The notes under the pieces are model-generated. The model made no database searches and was not told where the DNA came from. It saw nothing but the letters and a program-made list of their open reading frames with translations. The translations under genes and the position numbers were made by a program. Shown one piece after another: positions 17,342 through 27,698 of a stretch of 64,000 bases of DNA. Where the stretch lies: contig CAVOKF010000003.1 in NCBI GenBank assembly GCA_963696385.1, positions 544,001 to 608,000 of the forward strand, given 5' to 3'. The stretch is from an uncultured delta proteobacterium. GTDB lineage: Bacteria; Myxococcota_A; Polyangia; Polyangiales; Polyangiaceae. The number at the start of each line of letters is the position of its first letter. Positions within the stretch are counted from its first letter, which is position 1.

Positions 17342-17435
17342 CTTTCCAACGGGGAAATTTTGACGCATCTACGCGGACTTTCATGTCTTGCTGAACGTCT
17401 AGCAGCCCCCTCGAAGGGGCCCTAAGCTCGGGCGG

Positions 17436-18527
17436 ATGATCTCCATTGGGCAACGCAAGGCGGACCACTTGGCGATCTGCGCCGAGCAAGACGTTGGTTT
17501 TCGCCGCGCGTCGACGCTGCTCGAATGCGTGCACTTGGTGCACGACGCGTTGCCCGACCTCCGAACGGACGAGATCGACGCCCGTGTCGTGCTGTTCGGC
17601 AAGCGGTTGCGCGCGCCGATCGTCATCGCGTCGATGACCGGCGGGACCGAAGAAGCGGGTCGGATCAACCGAGACCTCGCGAGCATTGCCGAGGAGCGAG
17701 GCTACGGATTCGGCCTCGGCAGTCAGCGCGCGATGCACTTGCGCCCTGGCGCGAGCGCCACCTTTCGCGTGCGCGAAGTCGCGCCCACGGCGCTCGTACT
17801 GGGCAACGTCGGCGTCGTTCAGGCTCGCGCGATGAAAACGAGGGAGATCCGCTCGCTGGTGGAAGACGTGGGCGCAGACGCCCTCTGCGTGCATCTGAAT
17901 CCGGCGATGGAGCTCGTCCAGCCTGGAGGCGATCGTGATTTTTCAGGAGGCCTCGAAACCATCGCGCGGCTGGTGGCCGATCTGGACGTACCGCTGATCG
18001 TCAAGGAGACGGGATGCGGCATCTCGCCGAGCGTTGGGAAGCGGCTGCGGTCCGTCGGGGTCGCACATGTCGACGTGTCGGGGGCCGGCGGTACTTCATG
18101 GGTCGGAGTCGAGACGAAGCGCGCCGCTCTGAGCGGTGACGAAGCGGCACGAAGCCTCGGAGAAGCTCTGTGGGACTGGGGGATTCCGACGGCGGCGTCG
18201 GTCGCGCTGCTCTCGCCCCTCGGGTTCGAGACGATCATCGCCACGGGCGGCATCGGCGCCGGCCTCGATGTCGCCCGCGCCATCGCCCTGGGGGCTACCG
18301 CCGCCGGCTTGGCCCGCCCGGTGCTTCGCGAGATCGCAGCGCGCGGTCGCGCGGGGGCCACGGCTTTTCTCGAAGGTGTGGAGACCGAGTTGCGGGCCAC
18401 GATGTTGCTGACGCGCAGCCCGGACGTCTCCGCGCTGCGCCGGGCGCAGAGGGTGGTGACGGGCGAGCTCGCGACCTGGGTCAACCAACTCAGCCGACCT
18501 GGAAACGATGATATCCTTGCCCCATGA
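17436..18527 (+). CDS. fni: Type 2 isopentenyl-diphosphate isomerase
   Basis: RKADHL, MTGG, GSQR, HLN, KETGCG, GAGGTSW, DWGIPT. Confidence 0.96.
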   Translation: MISIGQRKADHLAICAEQDVGFRRASTLLECVHLVHDALPDLRTDEIDARVVLFGKRLRAPIVIASMTGGTEEAGRINRDLASIAEERGYGFGLGSQRAMHLRPGASATFRVREVAPTALVLGNVGVVQARAMKTREIRSLVEDVGADALCVHLNPAMELVQPGGDRDFSGGLETIARLVADLDVPLIVKETGCGISPSVGKRLRSVGVAHVDVSGAGGTSWVGVETKRAALSGDEAARSLGEALWDWGIPTAASVALLSPLGFETIIATGGIGAGLDVARAIALGATAAGLARPVLREIAARGRAGATAFLEGVETELRATMLLTRSPDVSALRRAQRVVTGELATWVNQLSRPGNDDILAP

Positions 18528-19387
18528 CGGAGTCGAAGGGTCGCGGACCGCGCGAGAGCGACCGGCCCGCTTCGGAGGTCGCGGGAGAGCTGAAGGAGAA
18601 GCGCGACGCATTCTTGCACACGTTTTTTCGGCGGGGAGCTGAGCTCACCGAAGAGCTCGTGGGCGAGAACCGCCTGCTGCGCGATCAGATCGCGTCTCTC
18701 GAAAACGAAAACGCAGGCCTAAAGACTCAGCTTGCAAGCGACAGGGCCATCCGCGACTTGCTGGCGAAGATCGAAGACCTCGAACGTGAGAAGGCAAGGC
18801 TTCTTTCGCGAGTCAACGACCAGGCCACGATCACCCATCGCGTTGCCGAAATCGAATTGGAGCTCGAGAGCTTCGCCAATCTCTACGTTGCGAGCTTCCA
18901 GCTCCACTCGACGCTGAACGTCAGAACCACGGTCCGCCATGTGCGGGAGCTGCTCGCGCAACTGGTGGGAGCCCGCTCCGTCGCGATCTATCTCATCGAC
19001 GACGTTGAGCGAACTCTCGTGCCGATTGCGACCGACGGCGTCGACATCGGCACACTGGCCACGATAGCGGTTCGCGACGGGTCGACCGCCTCGCCTCTTG
19101 AGGCCATCGTCGAGCGGACGTACCTGACCGGCGTTGCGCACGTGGACGAAGCCGACCCCGTGGGTCACCCGGCAGCATGCATTCCTTTGCAGATCGAAGA
19201 CCGAACGGTCGGGGTCATCGCCGTCATCGCTCTGCTGGACCACAAGAAGGGCTTCGTGACCGTCGATCGAGAGCTGTTCAAGCTGCTCGGAGCGCATGCC
19301 GGCAGTGCCGTCGTCGCGGCCTATCTTTGGAGCCAGGCGGGAGGACGCCTCCCGAGTCCTGACTCGCTCCGAGAACTCTGTGCTTAG
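18524..19387 (+). CDS. Coiled-coil plus GAF domain protein
   Basis: N-terminal heptad repeats; NLYVASFQLHSTL, ACIPL..VGVI, LLDHK..DRELFKLL. Confidence 0.85.
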   Translation: MTESKGRGPRESDRPASEVAGELKEKRDAFLHTFFRRGAELTEELVGENRLLRDQIASLENENAGLKTQLASDRAIRDLLAKIEDLEREKARLLSRVNDQATITHRVAEIELELESFANLYVASFQLHSTLNVRTTVRHVRELLAQLVGARSVAIYLIDDVERTLVPIATDGVDIGTLATIAVRDGSTASPLEAIVERTYLTGVAHVDEADPVGHPAACIPLQIEDRTVGVIAVIALLDHKKGFVTVDRELFKLLGAHAGSAVVAAYLWSQAGGRLPSPDSLRELCA

Positions 19388-19438
19388 GATGGACATGTCC
19401 GCCGACCGACCCACCGCTGACCGAGGAAGCCTTCCGCG

Positions 19439-19825
19439 ATGACCGTTCAATATTCGTGCCTCGTGGTCGAAGACTCACCGATGATGCGACAGTTGCTCGT
19501 CCTGGCCCTCTCGCGCCTGAAGAGTCTCCGCGTCACCGAGGCCGATGATGGCGTCGACGGCCTTCGAAAGTTGGCGACGGGCAAGTTCGACATCATTCTC
19601 ACCGATATCAACATGCCGATCATGGACGGCCTGAAGCTGGTCAAACGAGTTCGGAGCGACCCGACCCACAAGGACGTGCCGATTGTCGTCATTACGACCG
19701 AGGGATCCAGCGAAGATCGGCAAAGGGCCCTCCAGCTTGGGGCGAACGCCTACATCACCAAGCCCATCCAGGCCCCGCAAGTGATTGCCAAGGTCCGAGA
19801 ACTGCTGAAGATAGAAACCCCGTGA
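19439..19825 (+). CDS. Single-domain CheY-like response regulator
   Basis: LVVEDS, TDINMP.MDG, ITTE, YITKP. Confidence 0.93.
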   Translation: MTVQYSCLVVEDSPMMRQLLVLALSRLKSLRVTEADDGVDGLRKLATGKFDIILTDINMPIMDGLKLVKRVRSDPTHKDVPIVVITTEGSSEDRQRALQLGANAYITKPIQAPQVIAKVRELLKIETP

Positions 19826-20436
19826 CGCGCATCAAGATCTGCGGCGTGACGTCTGTCGAGCAGGCTTTGGCCTGTGTGGAACTCGGCGCGGACGCCATCG
19901 GCATCAATTTCGTTGCCTCGAGCCCTCGCCGCATCGACCTCGCGACTGGGCGCGCCATCGCTCAATGCGTCGGCTCCCGAGCGCTCGTCGTGGCCGTGGT
20001 GGCCGACATGGCGGTCGACGCGATGCTCACTCTGCGCGACGAAACCGGCGCCGGCTGCTTGCAGCTTCATGGCGACGAGCCGCCCGACGCCGTCGCCGCT
20101 CTGCTTCCGCATGCCTACAAAGCTATCCGCATCGCCGGCCCGGACGACGTCACGCGCGCCGAGGCCATGCCCGGCGATTGCATCCTCGTCGACGCGATGG
20201 TTGCCGGGACAATCGGCGGAACCGGACACGCGTTCGATTGGTCGCTCGTGAGCCAGCTAGCGCGCCGCCGCCGATTGGCTCTGGGGGGCGGGCTGCGGGC
20301 CAACAACGTGGTCGCAGCCATCGACCAAGTGAAGCCATGGTGCGTCGATGTGGCGAGCGGCGTCGAGACCTCCCCCGGCATCAAGGACTTGACTAAGGTC
20401 GAGCAGTTCGTCGGGGCCGTCCGAGCGACCCGCTAG
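19822..20436 (+). CDS. trpF: Phosphoribosylanthranilate isomerase
   Basis: IKICG, SPR, QLHGDE, GGTG, DVASGVE. Confidence 0.95.
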   Translation: MTRIKICGVTSVEQALACVELGADAIGINFVASSPRRIDLATGRAIAQCVGSRALVVAVVADMAVDAMLTLRDETGAGCLQLHGDEPPDAVAALLPHAYKAIRIAGPDDVTRAEAMPGDCILVDAMVAGTIGGTGHAFDWSLVSQLARRRRLALGGGLRANNVVAAIDQVKPWCVDVASGVETSPGIKDLTKVEQFVGAVRATR

Positions 20437-20486
20437 CGATCTCGACTCACTCCGCGGTCCGGACTCTGCGGCATGGTGCGGAGCCG

Positions 20487-21923
20487 TCACCGCGACCATT
20501 TGAGTGCGGTCCTTTCGACCATCGCGGCCCGGGGGTCGGCCTCTCGTTCCATCCCGTCGAGCAAGGCGTCCGCCGGCGTACGGCCCGCGCCAACGAGCCG
20601 TTTCAATCGCGCGAGATGTTTGCGCTCGTCCTGACCTGATCCATCGACGAGTCCCCGTCGTTCGAGGCCGCCTTCCGCGATCGAGACCAGACGCTCGGCG
20701 ATCTCCGCCAAGGGGCGACCGCGAAAAGGCTCCCGCAAACCGCCGCGCCAGGCTCGCGTGCGAAGCTCCGCGACTTCTTCGTAGGACCAGCCATCGATCA
20801 ACGCTTCGGCTTCCGACATTGCGCGCTCGTCGTAGAACACGCCCGTCCAGACCGCCGGCAATGCACAAGCCATGTCGGTGGACTGCATGTCCGCGCCGCG
20901 GATCTCGATCGTCTTCTTGAGTCGGACCTCGGGGAACAGGGTGTTCAGGTGCACCGTCCAGTCGTCGACGAGCGCGGTGCGTCCTTCGAAGCCGTTCTGC
21001 CAAAAGTTGCGAAACGTCTGCCCCGTGTTCGCGATCGCGTGACCGTTGCGCATGATGACGAACATCGGGGCATCGAGCGCCCACTCGACGTAGTCGTCGA
21101 AGCGCGCTTGCGCCCTCCATAGAGTCGGAAGCAAACCGGTCCGGTCGGGATCGACATCGAGCCAGACTCGGCCACGGTACGTGAGGCCTCCGTGGGGTTT
21201 TCCTTCCTTCCACGGACTGTTGGCGAACATCGCCGTCGTCAACGGAGCCAGCGCGAGCGCCACACGCATTTTACGCATGGCATCGGCCTCGCTCGCGTAG
21301 TCGAGGTTCACCTGCACGGTACAGGTGCGAAGCATCATGTCGAGCGCGTGCGCTCCGCGCGTCGGTAAGTACTCGCGCATGATGCCGTAGCGCTGCTTGG
21401 GGACCCAGTCGAAGTCTTCGCGCCGTGCAAAAGGATGGAAGCCGACGCCCAGCCAGCGCACCCCCATGGCACGAGAGAGGGGGCCGAGCTCTCGCATGTG
21501 CGTTCGGAATTCGGCGCACACTTCGTGGATGTTCGTCGCCTGCGCCCCGGACAGCTCGAGCTGCGCGCCCGGCTCGAGCGTCACCGCACCGCCGCCTCGC
21601 TGGAGCGCAATCACAGGCCCCCCTTCGTGCTCGCGCTGAGGAATCCATGCGTGTTTTTCGGCGAGATCCATGAGCACCCGAGTGATGCTCGGATCCCCGC
21701 GGTAGGGCAGCGGCATGCACGCGCGCTCGACCAGACCGAACTTTTCCATCTCCGGGCCGATATGCCATTGCTCGCGCGGTTTGCACGCACGCAAAAACGG
21801 GATCAAAAGATCCTCCCGCCCACGGATCGGCTCAAGGTCGAGTGTCTCGGTCGTCGTCACGGCAGCTCGCTGGGGCAGCGCATCGTCACGTTCGATGCAA
21901 CAAGCGACGCGCGGTGTCGCCAT
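20487..21923 (-). CDS. gshA: Glutamate-cysteine ligase (GCS2, alphaproteobacterial/plant type)
   Basis: IGPEMEKF, TLEPGAQLELSG, PKQRY, TCTVQVNLD, FANSP, FPEVRLK, EIRGAD. Alternative start GTG 21860. Confidence 0.9.
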   Translation of the reverse strand: MATPRVACCIERDDALPQRAAVTTTETLDLEPIRGREDLLIPFLRACKPREQWHIGPEMEKFGLVERACMPLPYRGDPSITRVLMDLAEKHAWIPQREHEGGPVIALQRGGGAVTLEPGAQLELSGAQATNIHEVCAEFRTHMRELGPLSRAMGVRWLGVGFHPFARREDFDWVPKQRYGIMREYLPTRGAHALDMMLRTCTVQVNLDYASEADAMRKMRVALALAPLTTAMFANSPWKEGKPHGGLTYRGRVWLDVDPDRTGLLPTLWRAQARFDDYVEWALDAPMFVIMRNGHAIANTGQTFRNFWQNGFEGRTALVDDWTVHLNTLFPEVRLKKTIEIRGADMQSTDMACALPAVWTGVFYDERAMSEAEALIDGWSYEEVAELRTRAWRGGLREPFRGRPLAEIAERLVSIAEGGLERRGLVDGSGQDERKHLARLKRLVGAGRTPADALLDGMEREADPRAAMVERTALKWSR

Positions 21924-22008
21924 AGCTCAGCGCGTGACGCGTGCGAACGGAAATCGGCCTGTACCCTCGATGATGTTGCTCCGCGAGCGTCGAGCCACCC
22001 TCGATCGG

Positions 22009-24786
22009 TCACGGGTTCGTCACGCCTGCCACGGGAAGACGATCCCGCGGACTCGAGCGGCTGTCCGTGCGCCTGCGATCGACGATGCGAACGCGGCGGA
22101 CGAGAAGATCCAGCAGAAATAACACGATCGCCGCGCCCACGAACCTGGGCCAGAGGTCTTCGTGGTAGCGAATCGACTCGCCGTCCGGATCGAAGACACG
22201 CACGGGCGACGGATCCAGGCTGCCCCCAGTCACCTCCGCGGCGCGCCCGAGAGTCGCCGTATCGGCAGCGAGCGCCAGGTACTCTCGTGGATACGGGTTG
22301 GTCACGTGCCCAAAGCTTTCCGCGACAGTGGCGGTCTTCGTCCTGCCTTGCGCGTCTTCGATCGCCTCGTCGAGCGAGGCGTGCAACAGATACGACCCGT
22401 AGCGCTCGAGCGGAAAGTCGGCCTCGTAACGTCCGGGAGCGGTCTGGCGCATCGGCACTCGACGAGTCTCTCCCGCCGGCTGCGGGCCGGTGACGCTCAA
22501 CGTGGAGTCCAGACCATTTTGAAAGCGGTCGTCCGCTCCGATCGCGTCCAGAACGGCTCGCACGTTCCCTGTCGTAGGATCGACCTCCGCGCGCATGTCG
22601 AAGACTTGCCGCTTCCGCTGCCGCATGTGTTCGCGCACGAGCTGGCCCCAGAACGGTGACCACTGCGGCCAGCGCAACCACTCCACGGCCCACATGTTCT
22701 TGACGTCACTCGTCCAGGCGAGCGTCCACCCGAGTCCGACGTGCCAGCGAGCCAGGATGGGCTCTCCGAGCTCGCTTTCGAGAATCTCTTGAGCGGGGGA
22801 TGCTTTGAGCCTGGTGGCCACGTAGCCGTGCAGAAACGGAGCGCCGGCTACATCGATGCCGCGCAAGAAGTCTGCCGGAGACGCTACGCGCGGTTGGAAA
22901 TACTCCTCGACCACAGCCGCGCGACTGACCATCTCCGTTTCGCGCGTGAAGATCCGCGGCAATGACTGTGGATCGGAAACTCGATAGAAGCGGCCTCCTC
23001 CCAATTCTGCGATGGTGCGTAAGAGCGTCTCGTCCACGCCCCCGCCGAGGCCTACTGTCGTCACGGTGATGTCCTCGGCGGCCATCGCTTGCACGAGGTC
23101 GCGAATTCCGGCCTGTGGCGCTTGTCCATCGGTCAGAAGGACGACATGCTTTCGTTTGGCGCGCGTCGTCGACATCGCCTGATACGCCGTGTCGAGCGCA
23201 GGAAAAATCTCCGTTCCACCGCCGGCCTGTATCCGGGCAATGTCGTTTTGAGTTCGCGCGCTATGCTTGGCGGCGGTCATGCGCACGATCCGGGTTGGTT
23301 GGGAGTCGAATGCGATGACCTCGAGAAGGTCGTCCGCCGCCAAGGTGTCGGCCGTCGCCTTCGCGGCTTGCTTCGCCATTTCGAGTGGCAGCCCCGTCAT
23401 CGACCCGGACCGGTCGATGACCAGTGCCATGGCGACTTCCGGTTCGTCTCGACGCTTCTCGGCATCCATGCGCACCGGAAGGATTCGCTCGATCGTCGTA
23501 TGGCTCCAGCCGCCGAGCCCGAAACCGTTCTCGCCTCCCGCGAACAGAAACCCACCACCCAGATCGCGAACGTACTGCTCGATCGTGTCTTGTTGCGCGA
23601 GCGATACCCGGTCTGCCGGCACATCGCTCAGGACGATGAAGTCGTAGCGCTCCGCCTCTCGAAGGGAGGTAGGCAGCGGATCGAACGTGTCGACGTTCAG
23701 CTGCTGCGCGCTCATTGCCGATGCGAGGTACGAGGCGCGGGCCGGGTTCCCGTCGACGTAAAGAACAACCGGCATGCCGAGCACGGCCGCGACCGCGGTC
23801 GCGCGATTGTTCTCGGTGAAATGGTCCTGCGCCGACTCTGTCACGTCGAGCGAATACGTCACCTCGCCGGGAAAGACCGCCCGACTCTTGAACGTGACGT
23901 CGTTGTCGCCCGCACCGAGTTCGACGACTCGGACTCCCTCGAGCCCGTTGATGACGTCGCCCTGTTTCAGGGTCAACTTCACTTTCTGCGGCACGCTCGA
24001 AAATACCTCGGCGTGAAGATCAAACGTCTCGGCTTCGTGAACTTTATCGGGCACTCGGAGGTCCCGGACCGCCACTTCACCGGGGACCGGACGCTTGGAA
24101 GGCACGGCGAAAACCCGCACTCCAAAGCGCTTGGCGCGATTCGCTTCGGCCAGCAGATCCCCGTCGGTCTGCACGCCGTCGGATAGAACAACCGCACGGC
24201 GCAGGTACCCCTCGGGGTACAAAGCGTAGGCGAGTTGCATCGCGCTCGCGATGTCCGTTGCGGAACCGAGCCCCGCGCCGTGGCGAACGATGCCCCCGAC
24301 GCCACTGTCGATCGACACCGCTTCCGGCCGCTTCGCGAACGTGACGACGCGCACCAAATCCTCTTTCGGTTTTGCCTCGATGGCGCGCCGCACCTCCGCT
24401 CGCGCGTCGTCCAGCGAGCCGTCCGAAATGCTGTCGCTGACGTCGACGAGGTACACCGAGCAAACCTTTTGACTCGTTCCGGTTCTGGCAAATCGGGCCA
24501 GGCCGACGGCGAGAACGGCCACGAAACCGATGCGCAAGAGAACGGACATCACGCGCTGGGCAAGCGGCAAGTCGGCCAGGCTGCGACCGATCATCCAGAG
24601 GAAGTAGGGTACGAGAAGCGCCACACCGAGCATCCTCGGCGCAAGCAGCTCATAGTCCGTTCCGTGGTAGACCCACGCCAGCGTCGGCCCCGCGTACCAG
24701 ACGTACCTCAAATAAGCCCAGAGCCCGAGGGCACCTGCGCCGGCCGCAACCGCGCCGATCGCGATTCCATTCAGCCGCCGGCTCAT
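22009..24786 (-). CDS. Membrane protein with two VWA domains and a GATase1-like region
   Basis: MIDAS motifs DVSDS and DRSGS, LSDG and LTDG; YVRDLGGG..GGENGFG; N- and C-terminal TM segments. Confidence 0.88.
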   Translation of the reverse strand: MSRRLNGIAIGAVAAGAGALGLWAYLRYVWYAGPTLAWVYHGTDYELLAPRMLGVALLVPYFLWMIGRSLADLPLAQRVMSVLLRIGFVAVLAVGLARFARTGTSQKVCSVYLVDVSDSISDGSLDDARAEVRRAIEAKPKEDLVRVVTFAKRPEAVSIDSGVGGIVRHGAGLGSATDIASAMQLAYALYPEGYLRRAVVLSDGVQTDGDLLAEANRAKRFGVRVFAVPSKRPVPGEVAVRDLRVPDKVHEAETFDLHAEVFSSVPQKVKLTLKQGDVINGLEGVRVVELGAGDNDVTFKSRAVFPGEVTYSLDVTESAQDHFTENNRATAVAAVLGMPVVLYVDGNPARASYLASAMSAQQLNVDTFDPLPTSLREAERYDFIVLSDVPADRVSLAQQDTIEQYVRDLGGGFLFAGGENGFGLGGWSHTTIERILPVRMDAEKRRDEPEVAMALVIDRSGSMTGLPLEMAKQAAKATADTLAADDLLEVIAFDSQPTRIVRMTAAKHSARTQNDIARIQAGGGTEIFPALDTAYQAMSTTRAKRKHVVLLTDGQAPQAGIRDLVQAMAAEDITVTTVGLGGGVDETLLRTIAELGGGRFYRVSDPQSLPRIFTRETEMVSRAAVVEEYFQPRVASPADFLRGIDVAGAPFLHGYVATRLKASPAQEILESELGEPILARWHVGLGWTLAWTSDVKNMWAVEWLRWPQWSPFWGQLVREHMRQRKRQVFDMRAEVDPTTGNVRAVLDAIGADDRFQNGLDSTLSVTGPQPAGETRRVPMRQTAPGRYEADFPLERYGSYLLHASLDEAIEDAQGRTKTATVAESFGHVTNPYPREYLALAADTATLGRAAEVTGGSLDPSPVRVFDPDGESIRYHEDLWPRFVGAAIVLFLLDLLVRRVRIVDRRRTDSRSSPRDRLPVAGVTNP

Positions 24787-26706
24787 ACGGTCACTCGCCG
24801 GTGGTAGGTCGCCCACTCGAGCGTTGTCAACACGGCGGCGATGAGGAGAAGAACCACCCAAATGTCGCGCCGCACTCCCACGCGATATCCGAGGACCGAG
24901 CCGGCGATCCTGCCGTCGACGATCAATTGATCGCGAGGTTCTATGGCACTCTCGTCGGCGTTGACCAGGTTCGCCGCAAACGAAGTCGTTTCCGAGGTCG
25001 GAGCGGCCGTGTCCGTGGATGAATCGGAACGCCGCGCCATCAGATCGTAGAATCCTGCGCGCTCGCCCAGCAAGACCGCCCGCCCGTCGTGCACCGCAAC
25101 GGCTTGCGTCGTACCGTCCGGAAGCTTCACCGTCACGGCTTCCGTCCCGTTGGCCACGGGGACTCGCCAAACCTCGCCCGTGCGATAGCTCGAGAGATAC
25201 CGCGCGTCTTCGTCGGTGAACCAGTCGATGCAGTTCAGAACGAAGAGGGGCCAGGCCGGCCGAAGCGGTAGGTCGCTATCGCGCACGTCGAATCCGAGTG
25301 CGACGAATTTGGCTCCGCTGCGCTCCCCGGCCACGAGAATCGGCGAGGCGCCGCCATCCGCCGCCCCCAATATCTTGTCCCCCGCTTGCGGGACGAGCCG
25401 GTGGCCTCTCGACACGTTGACGGCGTCGAGAGCCAGGAAGCGAACCACGGGATGCTTGCGGTCGAGCTTGTCGAAGCCCGGCGTCTTGAGGTCCCCTTGC
25501 GACGCAACCGGCCCGCCGAGACCTCGCGGATCCAGGTAAAGAGCATTGGTTCCGGGGGCTTGGGCAGGCGTCACGCGATCGAAAATGACCGCGTCCCACT
25601 TCGCCTTGCCCACAGCGCCGGCGTACCCGTCGGGAACGACGTCGGTCACGTCGAGGTATTCGTCGAGCAAAAGCGCCGCCTCGAGATACGTGTTGCCCTC
25701 GGTCACGACCAGAACCTTCGAATCGGCGTCGCTCCGGCAGCAACGCGAACGCGTGGTCGTCGGCGGGCAGATCGTCGTGCGTCCCGTCGGCCCGCGCAAT
25801 CTTGGCCTCGAGCGTTCGACTCGCTCCCGACAGCTGCGGGTAAAAGCGCGGCAAGCGCTCTCCGGGCTTCAATCGAATCGTCGTCAGGTCGACGGGCGTG
25901 CCATCTCCAAGGAGCTGTAGCTCAACGTCCTCGGCCTCCGAACCGGTGTTGGTCAGCTCGAGCATCACTTCGTAACGACTCTTCTCCAGCGGGTAACGAC
26001 GAACGGAAAACTGCGTGATTCCGACGTTTCGGCTCTCGCGGCCCACGCGGACATAGCTCAACTTCACGGCGCCGAGGCGAACGGGGCCCGAAGCGTCGGC
26101 CGCCGTCCCGAGGGCGCCATCGGAGACGACGATGATCTCCGGGCTGTCCGTGCCGCGAAGCGCGTCGATCGCAAAGCGAAGCGCTCGTGGGAAGTCGGCC
26201 CGGGTGTCGGTCCCGCGGATCATGTCTACGGAGCGCTCGAGCGCGGCTGCGTCGCCGGTCATCGGCCCGAGGGGCGTGACGAGCGCGTCCATCTGGGCGA
26301 TGAGGACGCGGTCCGCGCCGTGGAGCCCGCCGACGATTTTCTTGACTTCATTTTGAGCGACGACCAGGCGGTTCGGGCGAACGTCGGTCGCTTGCATCGA
26401 GGCGCTTGCGTCGACCAAGACGACGACCGTCCGCCCGCGAACCAGACTCTCGACAGGTCGGGGGTTGCCCAGGGCCAGCACGAGAATCGCCAAGAGACCC
26501 AGCTGAAGCAGAAGAGACAGAAGCCGCCTGAGCTTTGCGAACAACGTCGTCGCGTCCCGGTCCCGCAGAATCCGTTCCCAAAGAGGCGCGAAGGGCACGG
26601 ACACGACGCGTCGGCGCAGTTTGAGCAAATAGAGGACGACGACGCCCAGACCGGAAGCGCCGAAGATCGCGACCAGCTCGGCCAGCGACAACCCCGTGAG
26701 GATCAC
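24783..26706 (-). CDS. BatA N-terminal plus VWA membrane protein; apparent frameshift near 25721
   Basis: LYLLKLRRR BatA motif and DASASM in ORF 25276..26706. It continues as SKVLVVTEGNTYLE..LEW in ORF 24783..25799 if one extra T in CGATTCG is removed. Confidence 0.85.
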
Positions 26707-27677
26707 TTCAGAAATCCTCCCCGCCGGAAAACGTGCAGGATGAGTTCGTCAAACGGCGTTCCGACGTCGGCCACTGCATACGGCACTTGATGGGTCGCGC
26801 AAAAGCGCTCGATTTCCGACAAATATTGTCCGTACGCTCGAGCAAACCGGTCGAGAACCTTGGCGGTTACCGTGACCTCGCGCTCGTCACCCGTTTCGCA
26901 GTCGCGCAAGAGCACATCGCCGTGCAAGTGCGGCCTCGATTCGGCGCGGTCAATTACGTGGACGACGAAGGGATCGAAGTGATTGTAGCGGAGGACGTTT
27001 ATCCCCCTTTCGAACCCGCCCGGATCGTACAGATCGCTCACGAGCACAGCCAGGCCTCGGCGCTTGTTCCGAGCGACGAACATCTTCATCGCGTCGCCGA
27101 GATCCGTCGCTCCCTCCGACCGAATCTCTCGCAAAAAGCGAAGTACCTTGAAGATGCGCGTTTTCCCACGCGTCTCCGGCATGCGCTTCAGCACCCGATC
27201 GCCGGTGGTGACGATGCTGACTCGATCGAGATTGGCCAAGCCGACGTACGCGAGTGCGGCCACTACCTTCATGCCATACGCGAGTTTTTTCCCGATCGCG
27301 GCGGTCGCGCCGCGCGACTGATTCGTGGCCGTGGTGCCGCCGAACCCCATGGACGCGCTCGTATCGAGGATGAAGTAAATGGCAAGATCTTCCTCTTCTT
27401 CGTATAGACGAACCAGCAGTTTTTCGAATCGCTGATAGACATTCCAGTCGAGCGATCGAAAGTCGTCACCCGGCTGGTAGTCGCGGTGATCCGCGAATTC
27501 GACGCCACTGCCGCTCTTCTTGGTCCGGCGCTCCGCGCGCATGCGTCCCGAGAACACGCGACGGCTGACGAGAGCCAGATAGTCGAGCTTGCGCTGAAAC
27601 TCGTCGTCGAACAGATCGGCCTCCGGAGAGGGGCCGACCCTGGGACGACGTCGGGGCAGAGCATGCAGCAAGCCCAT
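26703..27677 (-). CDS. DUF58 protein
   Basis: GVEFADHRDYQPGDD..DWN, DTSASM, SDLYD. Confidence 0.93.
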   Translation of the reverse strand: MGLLHALPRRRPRVGPSPEADLFDDEFQRKLDYLALVSRRVFSGRMRAERRTKKSGSGVEFADHRDYQPGDDFRSLDWNVYQRFEKLLVRLYEEEEDLAIYFILDTSASMGFGGTTATNQSRGATAAIGKKLAYGMKVVAALAYVGLANLDRVSIVTTGDRVLKRMPETRGKTRIFKVLRFLREIRSEGATDLGDAMKMFVARNKRRGLAVLVSDLYDPGGFERGINVLRYNHFDPFVVHVIDRAESRPHLHGDVLLRDCETGDEREVTVTAKVLDRFARAYGQYLSEIERFCATHQVPYAVADVGTPFDELILHVFRRGGFLK

Positions 27678-27698
27678 GAAGCGAGGTTCCCGGGCCGA

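Noticed and set aside
12032..18527. Mevalonate genes as a horizontally acquired terpene biosynthetic cluster
   Set aside because: Myxobacteria use mevalonate as their primary route. There is no cyclase, tailoring gene or mobility gene, and HMG-CoA synthase may simply lie elsewhere.
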